A DNA stretch of 63,195 nt, counting the filler, from Reticulomyxa filosa (taxonomy: Eukaryota; Protista; Foraminifera): NCBI GenBank assembly GCA_000512085.1. It is 20 parts of 20 records of this genome, joined end to end, with 100 filler letters (N's around TTAATTAATTAA, not from the genome) between each part and the next. Parts side by side here need not be neighbours in the genome. Positions count along the whole stretch, not along the records: positions 8,144 to 13,287 come from ASPP01017947.1; positions 13,388 to 17,208 come from ASPP01022431.1; positions 17,309 to 21,783 come from ASPP01002193.1; positions 21,884 to 24,271 come from ASPP01017710.1; 16 more parts are not named here. The stretch is one strand, 5' to 3'. The position numbers and the translations under genes are program-made. Position 1 is the first letter of the stretch. Every line of letters starts with the position of its first letter. Positions 11,701 to 24,371 of the stretch are shown in pieces. Under the pieces are notes generated by a model. The model was not told the origin of the DNA and ran no database searches. It was given only the letters and a program-made list of their open reading frames with translations.

Positions 11701-12843
11701 CATAGGCATTCACATTTCCCAAAGCCATGATTTTGAGATGCTCACTGCGTCGATGACAAAAAAAAAGGGTTTTTTGTGGATAAAGGGGGAGCGACAAGGC
11801 CCTCCGGAGAAGACAAATCTTGTTTTTATAGTTGTTGTGACAGGCTCAAAATGCCTTAGTAAAAATGTATTCTTTGCTCAATCTGTTCGAATCATTAATC
11901 ATCTTTGATTCTACTGCTTGAACTATCACATTTAAAATTATCCACATAATTAATTATAGAGATAATTGATTTCCTCCAGCAATGAATTTGATTTGATGAT
12001 ATTTTGATTAACTTTTAACAAAAAGTCTAAGTTTTGGTCGTCATTGCATAACTCAAGTTGAATAATAAACTACTTTGCTTGTCTTAATAGGTTTGCCAAA
12101 CAGAACAAAATGCTAAAATAATAGAAGAATTAATCATATTTTTAAAATCTGTTTGTGCAACTTTGTGAAATCATTTTCATCTTCTATCTAAATTGGGGAA
12201 TAGTCATATTAATGCGAGCCTCGGATTTAGCAATTGTCACAAACATCAACTCGTGGATTATTGTAAAAAGATTATCTTTCATTTGAAATAAAGATTACTT
12301 GTGTGATAGTTATAAATTAAATACATTTGAAAATGACAAAACCAAGACTTAGAAGAAGTGTCAGTTAAAAGATAAAAGTTTGGTAAATGCAGCATCATGA
12401 TTTGGATTGTTTTGGTTCAAAAGATTTTAGGTATGCCTGATAAAATATATTCTAAAAATTATAAAAAATATTAAAATATGGAAAAAACAGCGCTTTTAAC
12501 CAACCTAACATAAAGATATTATAAAACTAATTTTACACTTAAAAACTACAAGATTTAAAAATAAATTTTCTCATAGGGGCCATTCTGGTATGCAAATTTT
12601 TTTTGCAACATACTGTAATTTTTTCTTTTTTCAATCATTTATATTTTTGATTAACTCAAACTATTTTTATTGAAAATTGATATTATCCTTTCAAAGATTG
12701 TGCATAAAATCCTTTTATTTTTTTTGTTATTGTTCAAAACAAAACAAAACACCAAACATGAATTGCGGTTATTCAATTTATATTTCAAAATACTTCAACT
12801 TCCAAATTAAAACATAATTTGAAAATAAAAAAATAATATCAAA

Positions 12844-13287
12844 TTATTTATGAAGCCTATTAAATGGTTTTGGATTAATTTTTTTAACATCATTTGATGA
12901 TGGTTCAATACCATAAATTGCAATTCTTCCTTTTCCTCCACTTCCTCCACTTCCTCCAATACATGTGATAGTTCCAAAAGTTTGTTTCAATTCATTTGAA
13001 TAAGATTGAGATTGACATTGCAATTCAATCAATATTGACCCTCCACTTCCACCACCACTCCATGCATCTACTCCCTTTCCTCCATTGGATTGAATCGATC
13101 CATGATTGATCAATTGTTGTTCAATTATCAGTTCAATTATTCCACCACCACTTCCTCCAATGTAATTAAATGCGCTTCCACCTCCACCACTTCCAAAATG
13201 AATTTGTTTCAACAAAGTTTCTTCTCCATACATTTCTCCACCTTCTCCATCATTTCCTTCTCCTTTCGTTCCATATCCACCACTACC
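12844..13287 (-). CDS. C-terminal Gly-rich repeat domain (FGSGGGG/GGGIIEL/GGSGGSILI/GRIAIYG) of an expanded lineage family; 5'-truncated
   Basis: Open frame from the contig end to the stop at 12844; periodic GGxGG-I-L motifs. Confidence 0.7.
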   Translation of the reverse strand, partial: GSGGYGTKGEGNDGEGGEMYGEETLLKQIHFGSGGGGSAFNYIGGSGGGIIELIIEQQLINHGSIQSNGGKGVDAWSGGGSGGSILIELQCQSQSYSNELKQTFGTITCIGGSGGSGGKGRIAIYGIEPSSNDVKKINPKPFNRLHK

Positions 13288-13387
13288 NNNNNNNNNNNNN
13301 NNNNNNNNNNNNNNNNNNNNNNNNNNNNNNNTTAATTAATTAANNNNNNNNNNNNNNNNNNNNNNNNNNNNNNNNNNNNNNNNNNNN

Positions 13388-13887
13388 TTAATCATTTCAA
13401 CATCTGCACGATACTTGAGCAATTCTTGTTTAGAATCTCTTTCCATTTGTTTAATTCGGCTATCTTTTAATTGAATTTCTTGTTTTATAGAATCGAATAA
13501 TTGATTAACTAAATCAAAATGTAATTTCATATTTGTAATTAAATGATCTTTTAAGTCGTGGTTGAAGCATGTATGATTACAACCAAATGGGTTAAACCAA
13601 CAATTAATTAAATTCAAAGGACACTCATTCATTAAATGAGCATTTAAATCTTTTAATTTTCCTTTGAAATCACATTTAATCACTCCTGGTATTTCTCCTT
13701 CTCCTTCAGTTTCATTTGATATCTTCAACTCTTGTTCAAATTGTCTTATGCACATCACAGTTAAGTCACCAATTTGTCTTCGTGCTAAATTACTTTTTGA
13801 ATAATGGCAATTGTCATGTGGTTGAATTGGGCAAGAGTTATTGTGATTTTTAAGAAATGACTTTAAACAATTTTCTCCAGCAATCAA
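13388..13887 (-). CDS. TRAF-type zinc finger + coiled-coil protein fragment (5' end apparently missing or decayed)
   Basis: GENCLKSFL..CPIQPH..C; CDFKGKLKDLNAHLMNECP; CWFNPFGCNHTC...LKDHL..H (TRAF Zn-finger pattern). Confidence 0.7.
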
Positions 13888-14619
13888 TGTTTCAATGTGT
13901 TTATTTCCAAATTTTTTTCAAAACAACAGATTTTGCAAGTAGGGAAGTAACAAAAATTAGTTGAAAACATACATCAAAAACAAACATCATAAATTTTGTA
14001 TTAAGAACGCCATGATTTAAGCAAAAATTTTTTCAATAAATCAGTCAAAAACTTTCAAAAGATTTTCTTTTTCAAAATGAATATTATTTTCATCATTATA
14101 ACAATCTCAGAGAATAAACAAGACATAACTCTAATCAAAGTAATAATAAAAAGTAAAATGCATAAAAGCAGCCAAACACAAAAATTTTCAAAAAAAAAAC
14201 TTGAAAATTTTGCACAAAACACATTGCTTGAATAATTGAATTTGTTGTTGTCAATATTTTATATATCAACGGTTTTATCATACAGTCTAGAGCAAATGAC
14301 ACAATTAGATTTGTGTATCAAATATTTAAACATTAATTTAATCAAAATATTTATAAAAGTAAGCTTTTGATGAATGTTTTGTAATTTGTATATTCAATCA
14401 TAAATCATAACCAAAATTTTGATATGAATATCGTCAAAATAGTTTTAGGAAGTCCCTCTTATTGATAGAAAAGGCACATTTATTTTTTTGCATCAACATT
14501 ATCATATCATCATTAATCATGTCCTGCAGTTATGGCTTTCATATCATCAACAACAGCACCAACATGAACAGATAAATCTTATTGTATGTCAATGACAACT
14601 GGTTGGAAAATGGAACATG

Positions 14620-15985
14620 TGTCGTCACTGGCTACTGTGCCATCAATGACCCTGTGTCATCACTGGCTCATTACTGATTCCTGTGTCATCCGTGTTTTTT
14701 TTGTCATTTCTATTTTATATGTCATCAATAGCTCATATGTCACCACTAATTCCTGTGTCATTCCTGGTTATTGCGTCATTCCTGGCTCATGTGACATCTC
14801 TTAATTTTGTGTCATTCATGGCATTGGTATCGATCTTGTCATTGGTGTCATTCCTGTATTAATGTTATTCCTATCATTTGTGTCATCCCTGTTATTGGTG
14901 TTATTTTTGGCATTTGTGTCATTTTTGCAATTGGTGTCATTCCTGTTATTGGTATCGTTTCTGTCATTGGTGTCATCCCTGTTGTTAGTCATTCATATCA
15001 TTGGTGTCATTCCTGGCATTTTTATCATTTCTATCATTTGTGTCATTCCTGACATTGATGTTATTTCAAGCATTTGTGTCATTCCTGTTATTGAAGTCAT
15101 TCCTGTCATTTGTGTCATCCCTGTTATTGGTGTCATTACTTACATTTGTGTCATTCCTGTCATTCTTGTCATTGGCATTTGTTCTGGTATTGGTGTCATC
15201 CCTGTTATTGCTGTAATCGCTGTCATTGGTGTCATTCCTGTAATTGGTGTCATTCCTGTAATTGGTGTCATTCCTGTCATTTGTGTAATTCATGTCATTA
15301 ATCATTTGTGTCATTCCCGCAATTTGCGTCATTCCTGTTATTGGTGTTATTTATATCATTGGTGTCATTCCTGCAATTGGTGTTATTACTGTCATTGGTG
15401 TCATTACTGTCATTGTTACCATTGGCATTGTTTCTGGCATTAGTGTCATCACTGATTGGTGTTATTACTGTCATTTGTGTTATTTCTGCCATTGGTGGCA
15501 TTCCTATCATTGGAGTCATTCCTGTTATTGGTTCATTTTTTGTCGTCTGGGTCATCCTGTCATTGGTGCTATTTTTGGCATTTGGGTCATCCCTGTTTTT
15601 GGTAATATTCCTGTAATTTGTGTCATTCCTGTTGTTGATGCCATTTTATAATTGGTGTCATTTTTATTATTGGTGTTATTCCTGCAATTGGTGTCATCCA
15701 TGTCATTTGTGTCATTCCTGTCATTGGTATCGTTCCTGGCATTTGTGTCATCCCTGTTATTGGTGTTATTTTTGGCATTTGTGTCATTCCTGTTATTGGT
15801 GTCATTACTGGTATTTTTATCATTTCGGTCATTTGTGTCATTACTGGTATTGGTATCATTTTTGTCATTTGTGTCATTCCTGTTATTGGAGTCATTCCTG
15901 TATTGGTGTTATTACTGCCATTCTTGTCATTAGTATTGTTTTTGTCATTTGTGTCATTTGTGTCATTTGTGTCATCCCTGTTTTT
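14620..15985. repeat. ~1.4-kb degenerate minisatellite with 9-nt subunits (TGTCATTCC / TGTTATTGG / TGTCATTTG) and 18-nt higher-order period
   Basis: Visible periodicity; produces overlapping repetitive ORFs in five frames (VIPVIG, CHSCYW, SFLLLV, NRNDTN, TGMTPI). Confidence 0.95.
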
Positions 15986-16111
15986 TTGTCGTTCCGTTAG
16001 CAATGTTATGTTGTTGTTTTTTTATATTTATGTATACATATATATTTATACTCAAAAAAACAATATTATTAAACAACGACGAGAAATATAAGTGAAAACT
16101 TATTTCTCCGG

Positions 16112-16190
16112 GCAGTTTATGCCTTTGGTAGGCAATGCGATAATATCGCTTTCTCTTTTCGAGTATTGGGTTCGAATCCCAAAAACTGCA
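16112..16190 (+). tRNA. tRNA or tRNA pseudogene with type-II (long variable arm) body; anticodon AAT in the 7-nt-loop register, or Leu(TAA) with a shortened loop
   Basis: Acceptor GCAGTTT/AAACTGC + discriminator A; D stem GCCT/AGGC; anticodon arm ATGCG-ATAATAT-CGCTT; variable arm CTC-TTTTC-GAG; T arm TTGGG-TTCGAAT-CCCAA; T5 Pol III terminator ~5 nt downstream. Confidence 0.75.
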
Positions 16191-16579
16191 ACAATTTTTG
16201 AAATTATAATGAAATTGAAGGATAATCGAAAGATTGTTAATCTAAATATTGCGTTCAAGAGTATAATGGATATGTCAATTAACAATAAATTACGTTACCA
16301 AATGTATATTTTTAATAAAATTGTAATCAACTTTATGCTAACACAAACATGAAATTACAATAGATGTTTGTAATTTCCAACTTGAAAGTTAAATGTACAT
16401 ATATTACTTAAAATAAAGCAAAAAAATGAGCTAGAGAAATGTGTTTGCATATTTTGCAAAATGTTTTAAATATATTAGATATAATTAGATTGATATAAGC
16501 TTTTAAGTGCAGATATATTAGCAAGTATTATGTAATAGTTATTATCAATATAATGTAACTCAATTTTTACATCTCAATA

Positions 16580-17010
16580 GATTTGAATAAAAAACAATTG
16601 AATAATACATTTAATTCTTTAATAGATAGATTTGATGATAAAGATAAAGAAATTATAACTTGTATGCACAATCTATTGGATATATTTTAATAAAAGCAAT
16701 TGAATATGGAGATTATTATGTCTACGTCTTGGAAACATTTTCAACAAAATTGAATAAACAATTTCAATATTGTGGGTACACAGTCATTAAATAGAGTTAT
16801 CTAAATGAGGCAATAATAATAACAATAATGGCTATATTTTATATACCTGTTTGAATAATGGAATGGAGCATTAAGATCAAAGGATTTGTCGTAATTCTAA
16901 ATGATATTCAAATAACGAATATCGATAAATTACATTGCATTTGGCAGTCAATAATAGACATTGTGATATCTCCCGTTATTGCACTGAAAAAGGTGCATCT
17001 ATTGATTTGA
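16580..17010 (+). pseudogene. Decayed HEAT-like repeat fragments followed by one ankyrin repeat relic
   Basis: LNKKQLNNTFNSLIDRFDDKDKEI and LETFSTKLNKQ (HEAT-like); TLHLAVNNRHCDISRYCTEKGASIDL (ankyrin pattern); stops and frameshifts between them. Confidence 0.45.
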
Positions 17011-17415
17011 AAATATTGCTGAATTCATCACGAAACGCAAAAATAAAAATATTCAAATGCAATGGAAACATGTAAATGGATATTAAAACTTAAAACCTAA
17101 GTTTGACTCCAAACAGGGCATTGACTTCAGTAAACTGACGGTATGAATGAGAGTAGCACGTTCGAAAAGATCATTTTGGGAATTCACTAACAGATGGATC
17201 GACAATCCNNNNNNNNNNNNNNNNNNNNNNNNNNNNNNNNNNNNNNNNNNNNTTAATTAATTAANNNNNNNNNNNNNNNNNNNNNNNNNNNNNNNNNNNN
17301 NNNNNNNNTTTTTTTTTTTTTTTTTTTTTTAAAAAAATCCCATTTTTAAGTATACGTTTTTTTTTTTTTTTTTTTAAAAAAAAAAATGGCAAAGGGGATA
17401 TAAAAAAACAAAACC

Positions 17416-17872
17416 TGTAATGATTTGCAAAAGTGACTGATGGAAACACTGGTATAATACGTTGAACATAGGCACCTTGTTGAATAAAAGACTGAAGATT
17501 TGGCGTGGAAATGCCGAACAAATTCTGGTATTCCGCGGAAAGATACGATGCGCGAAAACCGTCCATTGAAATGATTAACACTCGGTGAGATGTCAGATCA
17601 CAGCCATTTGCGGTGCTTTGCTCGGATTGACCTTGCTTTTTTGTCAGGAAATACGCCAGACAAAATATCACCACAAACGTCACGAGGAAACACACAACAC
17701 CTCCTATTAACATCGCTCTTCGCTTTCTTCTCACTGCTTGTACGTCGGATGGCTCCAACGCCGTGTATGACCAATATCTTGACCATTTGAAATATAGTGA
17801 CGTTTTTGGACTACTCTCAATTTCAACTGGACCTTGAGACATGGGTTGATTGATGGATGGAGAGTTTGACAT
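17416..17872 (-). CDS. Type II membrane ectonucleotide pyrophosphatase/phosphodiesterase (ENPP family), first exon
   Basis: TM helix followed by VLIISMDGFR..YL, TPNL and PVFPSVTFANHY (catalytic Thr motif); a GT donor follows. Confidence 0.9.
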
Positions 17873-20800
17873 TCTTTAAGTTTAAAGAGAGAGATTTTAA
17901 TGCATAACAAAATTATGGCAAATGAGAGAGTTTTTTTGATCTAGTTTTTCTACTGGCTGTCAAATCGCACTGTAACTGAAGAATATAGCTTTTACTGTTT
18001 AGTCAACGATTTGTCGTTCTTCAAAATTTTTCAAAAATGTTTGATAATTTTATTTGAAATAATTTTACCAACGAGTAGTTTTCACAAATTTCTATTGTAA
18101 AATAAAAATTTTCAAAGTTTAAAAAAATCACTATATTACATTATCTTCAATAATAACACTGTGTGCAATCAGATAGTATTTTGTGCATGCACACATACGG
18201 GAAAACTGAAAGAAATTAATTTTAATAATAGCGATTGTTAATAGCTTTTAGAACTTGCGTCGATTTGGACTACTTTATGTGAGCAGAAGCTTCATTGAAC
18301 CGGTTAGTAGTCACAAATTGTGATACACTAGAAGTTACAGTTGATACAAATGTCAATCGCATTGCCCTTTTGCAGTGCCAAACTTACTTATATACGAACT
18401 TCTGCTAATGCATCGTCAAATGATCTGTGTATTCCATATTTCGTTTGGCGCATTTCTATCTGTTTTTTTTTAGTTTTTCTGAAATAAAAATTAAGTTTCC
18501 TTTAAATTTTGTTGCTGTCATTTGATGGTTTCATGTTGCTAGTGATGCCAATGTCGAATATTGTCATATCAGAGCTTATAACGGACTATTTCATAGATAT
18601 CAAGGACATTCTTTACTATTAAAACATTAACGATATTCTGCTTCATGCTGAAGACTTGCTTTTGATATTATGTTGGAAATACTAGTACGACTAAACCATG
18701 TCTTGCAATTATTTTTTCCATATGGATATATAAGCGCATAGTCAGTATTTTTATACATTTTTGCTTTGCATTGTTAAACACAACGATATAATCTGTCTTT
18801 TGATATTGATATACCAAGACGAAGATACAATATTGCATTTAGATAATTGTCTTCGATGCATGTATGAATGTAACGTTTCGGCAATGCATGAATGTATGAC
18901 GGTGATTTGTTGAAGGATAACGCTGTAAGTATTTATGAGATATAGTATGATGTTATTTTCAAATTGTTTGCAATATGAATGGAAATTCTAGATGTAAGTA
19001 TTATATATGATATTATATTCACTATGTGTTTATTTGTTGTGTAGTGACAATATTTGATTACAATCATATATGGATGAGTTCAAATATTCAGTGTCAATCT
19101 ATATTTTATCAAAAAATAAATTGCAATGTACTTTATGGAGAATGTCTGTTGCCACTGCAGCTGATGCAATGAACAACTCGCTGGAGCAGTTTTCAATTGC
19201 GCACATTCAACTAACATAACTTCAGTGGAAACTGACATTGATTACATTGAGACGTTTGAATAGTCCTTCCAAAAGTTGTTTGATACATTGTAGCAATGTT
19301 TTGTCGAATGAGTATTTTAATTAGCTTGTAACATTAATTTAACCGATTATTATACAATAATTTATTTTCGATAATTGGATGTAATGCATGATTATTAATA
19401 ATGCGGTTTGAATGTGACCAAACTTTAATATGTAGTCAAAATTCACATTTATGTCTTCAATCTTATCAAGCATGATTGTGTGTTTATATTTTGTGATTAT
19501 GCTATTATTGACTTTTGAATCTCTTGTGCAATACGTACTGTATGAAGTGAGAATTTAATAACGACTCTATTGTAGTTAATTTTCGGGCGGTCGCGCTTAT
19601 AAATGCGAACTAGTTTTAACTTTTGTTTTGTTTGCTTCATCAAATTAGCTTCTACTTATTCGAAAAACTTTTTATGCATGTGTTGTATCAATTGATAGTA
19701 ATATATTGTAGTTTTACTATAGTTGCAAACCGTTCGGAAAATTTTTGTAAATAGTCAATATGCAAGTCTACTTACAGTTTATTTTGCGTGTAAAGATATA
19801 TATAAGTGTAAGATTATCTTTAACTGCATTGTAATAATTGCTTTAGATAGCAAATATCTTAACATGTGTATAAACTTTTATATTCGATGTCGTGATAGTA
19901 AGATTTAGAGTCTTTCTATTGATTTCCACCAGCCTATCTGAATTCTCTATCAAACGCTGTTAGCTTATCTTAATTTATCGATATAAACAGTATATTCATC
20001 AATTTCTGCATTCTCACTATCATACACACGTTCACAGTGATTTACTGTGTCTTCTTCGTCACTGTTGCAGTAATCATTTTTATCACTTGCAATCTAATGA
20101 TTATATTGCAATTTCATATTCTGCATTTTACTGTTTAATTGACTCATTACGTTTGAAATGCTGCTCAAACAACATTACATTGACATAGCTGTTATGTTAT
20201 ATTTTTTTTCGAATCACTCTTTACACTAGTTCGTTCAGCTGTGTTAGTGGCACTAAATTGCCAATCATAAAATATATTTAGCTGTTATTTCACTCATTGA
20301 TCAATACTTGTTTGACGCAAAAACGCTTTTTGTTTTTGGTGAGTTGTATGTATTTCTTGTTAATAAACACTTTGTATTGTCTGTTTTAAATAAGATACTG
20401 TTGTTGAAAAATTGTTGATGTCATTGGACTATTGTCACGTTCACTTATGCTATCGGTTTCGTGTTTGTCCTTTCTGCAAAGCGCATAAGTCGTACACCTG
20501 GCAGTAGTTGTAAATATCTTCATTGTAAGATGTCCTTACCAATCAATGTCGCACTGTATTTGTCTCAAGACGCTCACAATCACTTAGCAACTGTAAGCTA
20601 TGCTGACAGTAGTCTTCTTCATTGTTTTTTGCAACTCACGATTGGACAGGTGACACGCAAGTTCAAATAGTTTAGTTGTCATGTTCAGCGGTGCTTGGCC
20701 GTACATAACATCTCAACATTGCTACTTAAACCAGATAATACAAGCATCATTGCCACTCTTGGTGTGTTGGGTCGGAATGAGTTGGTATTATTGATGAAAG

Positions 20801-21007
20801 AGTTGTATTTTATTTTTTTTTAAAACTACAAGACTCAAATATATTTTTTAAAAATTTTCATTGAATATTGTTTTTTCGTTGAGAAGATCTATAGCCTGTT
20901 TAAAAAAGACAAAGCACAGCTGAGCTTTCTTACGAGAAAAAAAAAGGTCTTTCTTTTAAATATTAACTAAGTAAGTACCAACAAAAAAAAAAAAGAAAAA
21001 ATTAATA

Positions 21008-21783
21008 ATGGTCACACTAAATGGAAGTACCGAATCTGGTCAAAATGTGATGTTTCCCTGTTATTTTTTGTGCTTGTCGATACTGACAGTGTTGTTAACA
21101 GTGCACATAGTTGTAGCATACCGGCAGCAAGAGCGAGTGCGAGCTCGTGCAGGGAACGGCGCCACGAATTCGTCACAGTACCCATTTCGCCAAGTGTGTG
21201 GGAAGAACAGTGTGTTTGGAATGATGACGTATTCACAAGTGGTGCACACAGTGTCAATCCTCGCGATCGTGGCAGGATGGTTATGTTTACTAATAAGCGT
21301 ATTGCCGTATCACCAATTCAAGTTGCAAACAAAGAAATGTAATCGTTTCGGATCATGGGCACAAGTGGCATATTTTTTCCACAAATACTTTATTTATTCG
21401 TGCCTAATAATCCGCTTGCAGGCGTCATTTGCAGGGAGTGTATACGCATATTCGCACTGGTTGACACGAGCGTTGCACGCGTTCAATACAGTGACAGTGA
21501 TCCTCTTCAGCGTGATATTGGTGGTGGTAGTGAACCCACTGTTGCAATACGACTCGAAGCAAGCGAGCAACGGTGGTTACATTTGCATGGCGACCAATTC
21601 GTACAACGTAAGTGGCGTAGTAGCCTTGGTTGACATTATCATGAATGTAGTGTTGCTGTTGCTGTTCGTGAAGCCTTTGTCTGAGTTGGCCAAACAAGCA
21701 TCCGAGTTGCGACAAGCCGCCATTGGTCATCGATCCGCCGATATCAATGATCAAAGTCACATGGCATCAGCATCGCATACACC
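21008..21783 (+). CDS. Multi-pass membrane protein, GPCR-like (TM1-TM5 visible), 3'-truncated
   Basis: Five hydrophobic helices, Cys before TM3 (KKCNR) and in the loop before TM5 (GYIC), LIIRL at the end of TM3. Confidence 0.6.
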
Positions 21784-22374
21784 NNNNNNNNNNNNNNNNN
21801 NNNNNNNNNNNNNNNNNNNNNNNNNNNTTAATTAATTAANNNNNNNNNNNNNNNNNNNNNNNNNNNNNNNNNNNNNNNNNNNNTTTACTATCATAATTCC
21901 AAATATCAAACCAACCATTTTTTCAAACACTTCTATATCCTGCATTTTAACTTCACTTTTCAAATACAGTAGAATAAAAAAGAAAGTTGACACCTAAAAT
22001 GGCACTTTATGAAGACGATGATTTTTTCCATGAAAAACAATATTAAATCAAAATTTTTTTTTATTTAAAAAAATATCTATAAATCGTGTAGTTTTTAAAT
22101 ATCACTTTGATTTTAGTCTTTGAAATTTTTTCAAACATTTAAATTTTTTCTCAACCTCTTTTTGCAAATTAAAGCTCACAAAGCATTTTATGATTGTAAA
22201 GAAAAAGTGTCACTTTTTATAAGCGAAAAAACATCAAAATATCTAAACATTTAAACTTGTAAAACTTTTGATTAAATGCTTAGATATTTTTTTAAATAAA
22301 AAAATTTTGATTGTGTTTATTTGATAAAATATTGTGTATTTAATCATATTAATGTTGCGAAAATCCTCTTTACA

Positions 22375-22882
22375 ATGGTCTATACTACAAATTGTCTCAT
22401 GCCAAGAGTTGTGTTATGTGAAACAAATATGATTCACAGAACAAATTCTACATTATTTTAAACATTTCAAAAAATATTGGACGTCTTTGTTTGCAATAAT
22501 GAATAGAAAATACAGTGAATCTTTTAGTTGTCTTGATTGCAAAAAAAACAACAATCAATTTAATTGTAAAAATGAATAATATTGGTGGATTGGTGGAAAT
22601 GGACATACAATTTGTTTTGGACCATTTGATAAAACCATTCAAATATGGGATATTGAAACAACAAAACAATTCAATGTATTTAAAGAACATACGGAATGTA
22701 AAATATGGATCAAATTATTAAATACAATATTCCGGACCAAATGATAATAGTGTTCGTTTGTGGGATATTCGATCAAATAAGAATGAGTTTATGTAATGAG
22801 AGTAAATGAAGGTAATAATGAACAAGAATCAAATTGTGTTAGTTTATGCTATGGTTCAAAGGTTAGTTCATATTCGGGGATA
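22375..22882 (+). pseudogene. Degenerate copy of the expanded WD40 family
   Basis: Fragments NGHTICFGPFDKTIQIWDIETTKQF, VKYGSN, DNSVRLWDIRSNK and LCYGS..IRG* in several frames. Confidence 0.75.
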
Positions 22883-24146
22883 GACACTATCAATGAAAAC
22901 AACTGATAAAAATCTGTCTTGAATGAATTTGTTTGCAAAAAGAAAACTTATTTTTTGATATGAAATGATTAAAATTATTTTCATTGATAATTGAATTTTT
23001 TTAAGTACTGATCGTTTAAGTTAGATTCTGGAGAAAGTAATGCTTTTGATACTTCATCCTGTTCCTGTTTTGAGTATTTTGATGCTGCTCACTCAATGCA
23101 ATTTGACATATTCCTCATTTTTCAATAGATAAAAAAATATCTATTAAGAATCTAAAATTTACTACTGGACGACAAAAACAAAAATCACATAAAGTTGTTT
23201 CACTTTTAAAATAAAAAAGATAATATTCTAAAGGATGAATCATAAGAATATTTGTTGTTAGAGTTGAAGGTAAAAAACAGATTTTATTTTTATGTTTATT
23301 TTCACACAAAACGAATACAAACATATTTATTCAAATAATTTAAAAGTTCAATTGCTGCGAACGATAACATGACCAATTACGGAATTTAATTTCAAAAGGA
23401 GTTTATATTACACTATTTTTGTGTTTTTCAATTGATAAATTTAAATAAAATTACATGCAAAGACGCGTGAGTTGTTACTTTGGGAAAAACTCTGCTTTTG
23501 AGAAAGTATAATTAAATAGTGTAGTCCCCTTTTTTTAATGCAATTTTATCACGTTAAAATTTGTGATGTTATCTGATGATTCTACTTTTCATCAAATACT
23601 TTTGGTAAGATAAATGAGAAATCGTTTTATTGAAATTGTAATTGTTACTAAAAAGTTGATTTTGTGATCACAACAAAATCATTAATTTTGTTAGAATTTG
23701 ACTATTTCTTTAGAAAAAAAAAGTACACAACAACGTTCTTCTTTTTTTGTTGTTGTAATTTCTTTATCATTATCGTATTTTAATGAAAAGAAAACGTTTG
23801 GAAGATATTCCATCCAAAGGAAATGAGAATAATTTTATTTGAATACTTAAAAACATATTATGGATAAAATGAATTTAGCAAGTTGCGCTGATATTATATC
23901 ATTAAACAGGCAATATACAAACTCATAATTCTATTTTGTTTGGTAAAAAATCATTTTCTTATTTTTTTGTAATTATCTAATAAAAGATTTGATGAAGTCA
24001 CTTTTAAAATACTTTTAAAATCATAATTATTTATTGAAAATCAAAACATTCAATCATTTCTAAGCAGATTGTCAATTTGTCGTATCAAAATGTTCGTCTA
24101 AAAAAAAGGGGTTGTTAGGATATTTTTTTAAAAAAGTACATCTAAC

Positions 24147-24271
24147 ATGTCTACTCAAATCAACAACATCTTTCAAACTTTACCCAAGCCATTCACAATT
24201 TCACAATGTATTTTGTTCAAGGATGAAATCCTTGTTTGTGGAGGTTATCAACTCAACGACTGTTACTCGTA
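24147..24271 (+). CDS. Kelch-family gene start (truncated by contig end)
   Basis: MSTQINNIFQTLPKPFTISQCILFKDEILVCGGYQLNDCYS, paralogous to the start of 57907. Confidence 0.7.
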
Positions 24272-24371
24272 NNNNNNNNNNNNNNNNNNNNNNNNNNNNN
24301 NNNNNNNNNNNNNNNTTAATTAATTAANNNNNNNNNNNNNNNNNNNNNNNNNNNNNNNNNNNNNNNNNNNN

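Noticed and set aside
14220-14520. Possible Helitron helicase or WD40 relic
   Set aside because: Only a few short words match; too degraded to call
14807-16000. Cys/His-rich 'metallothionein-like' and Leu/Val 'membrane' ORFs
   Set aside because: Alternative frames of one minisatellite; no independent support for any of them as separate genes
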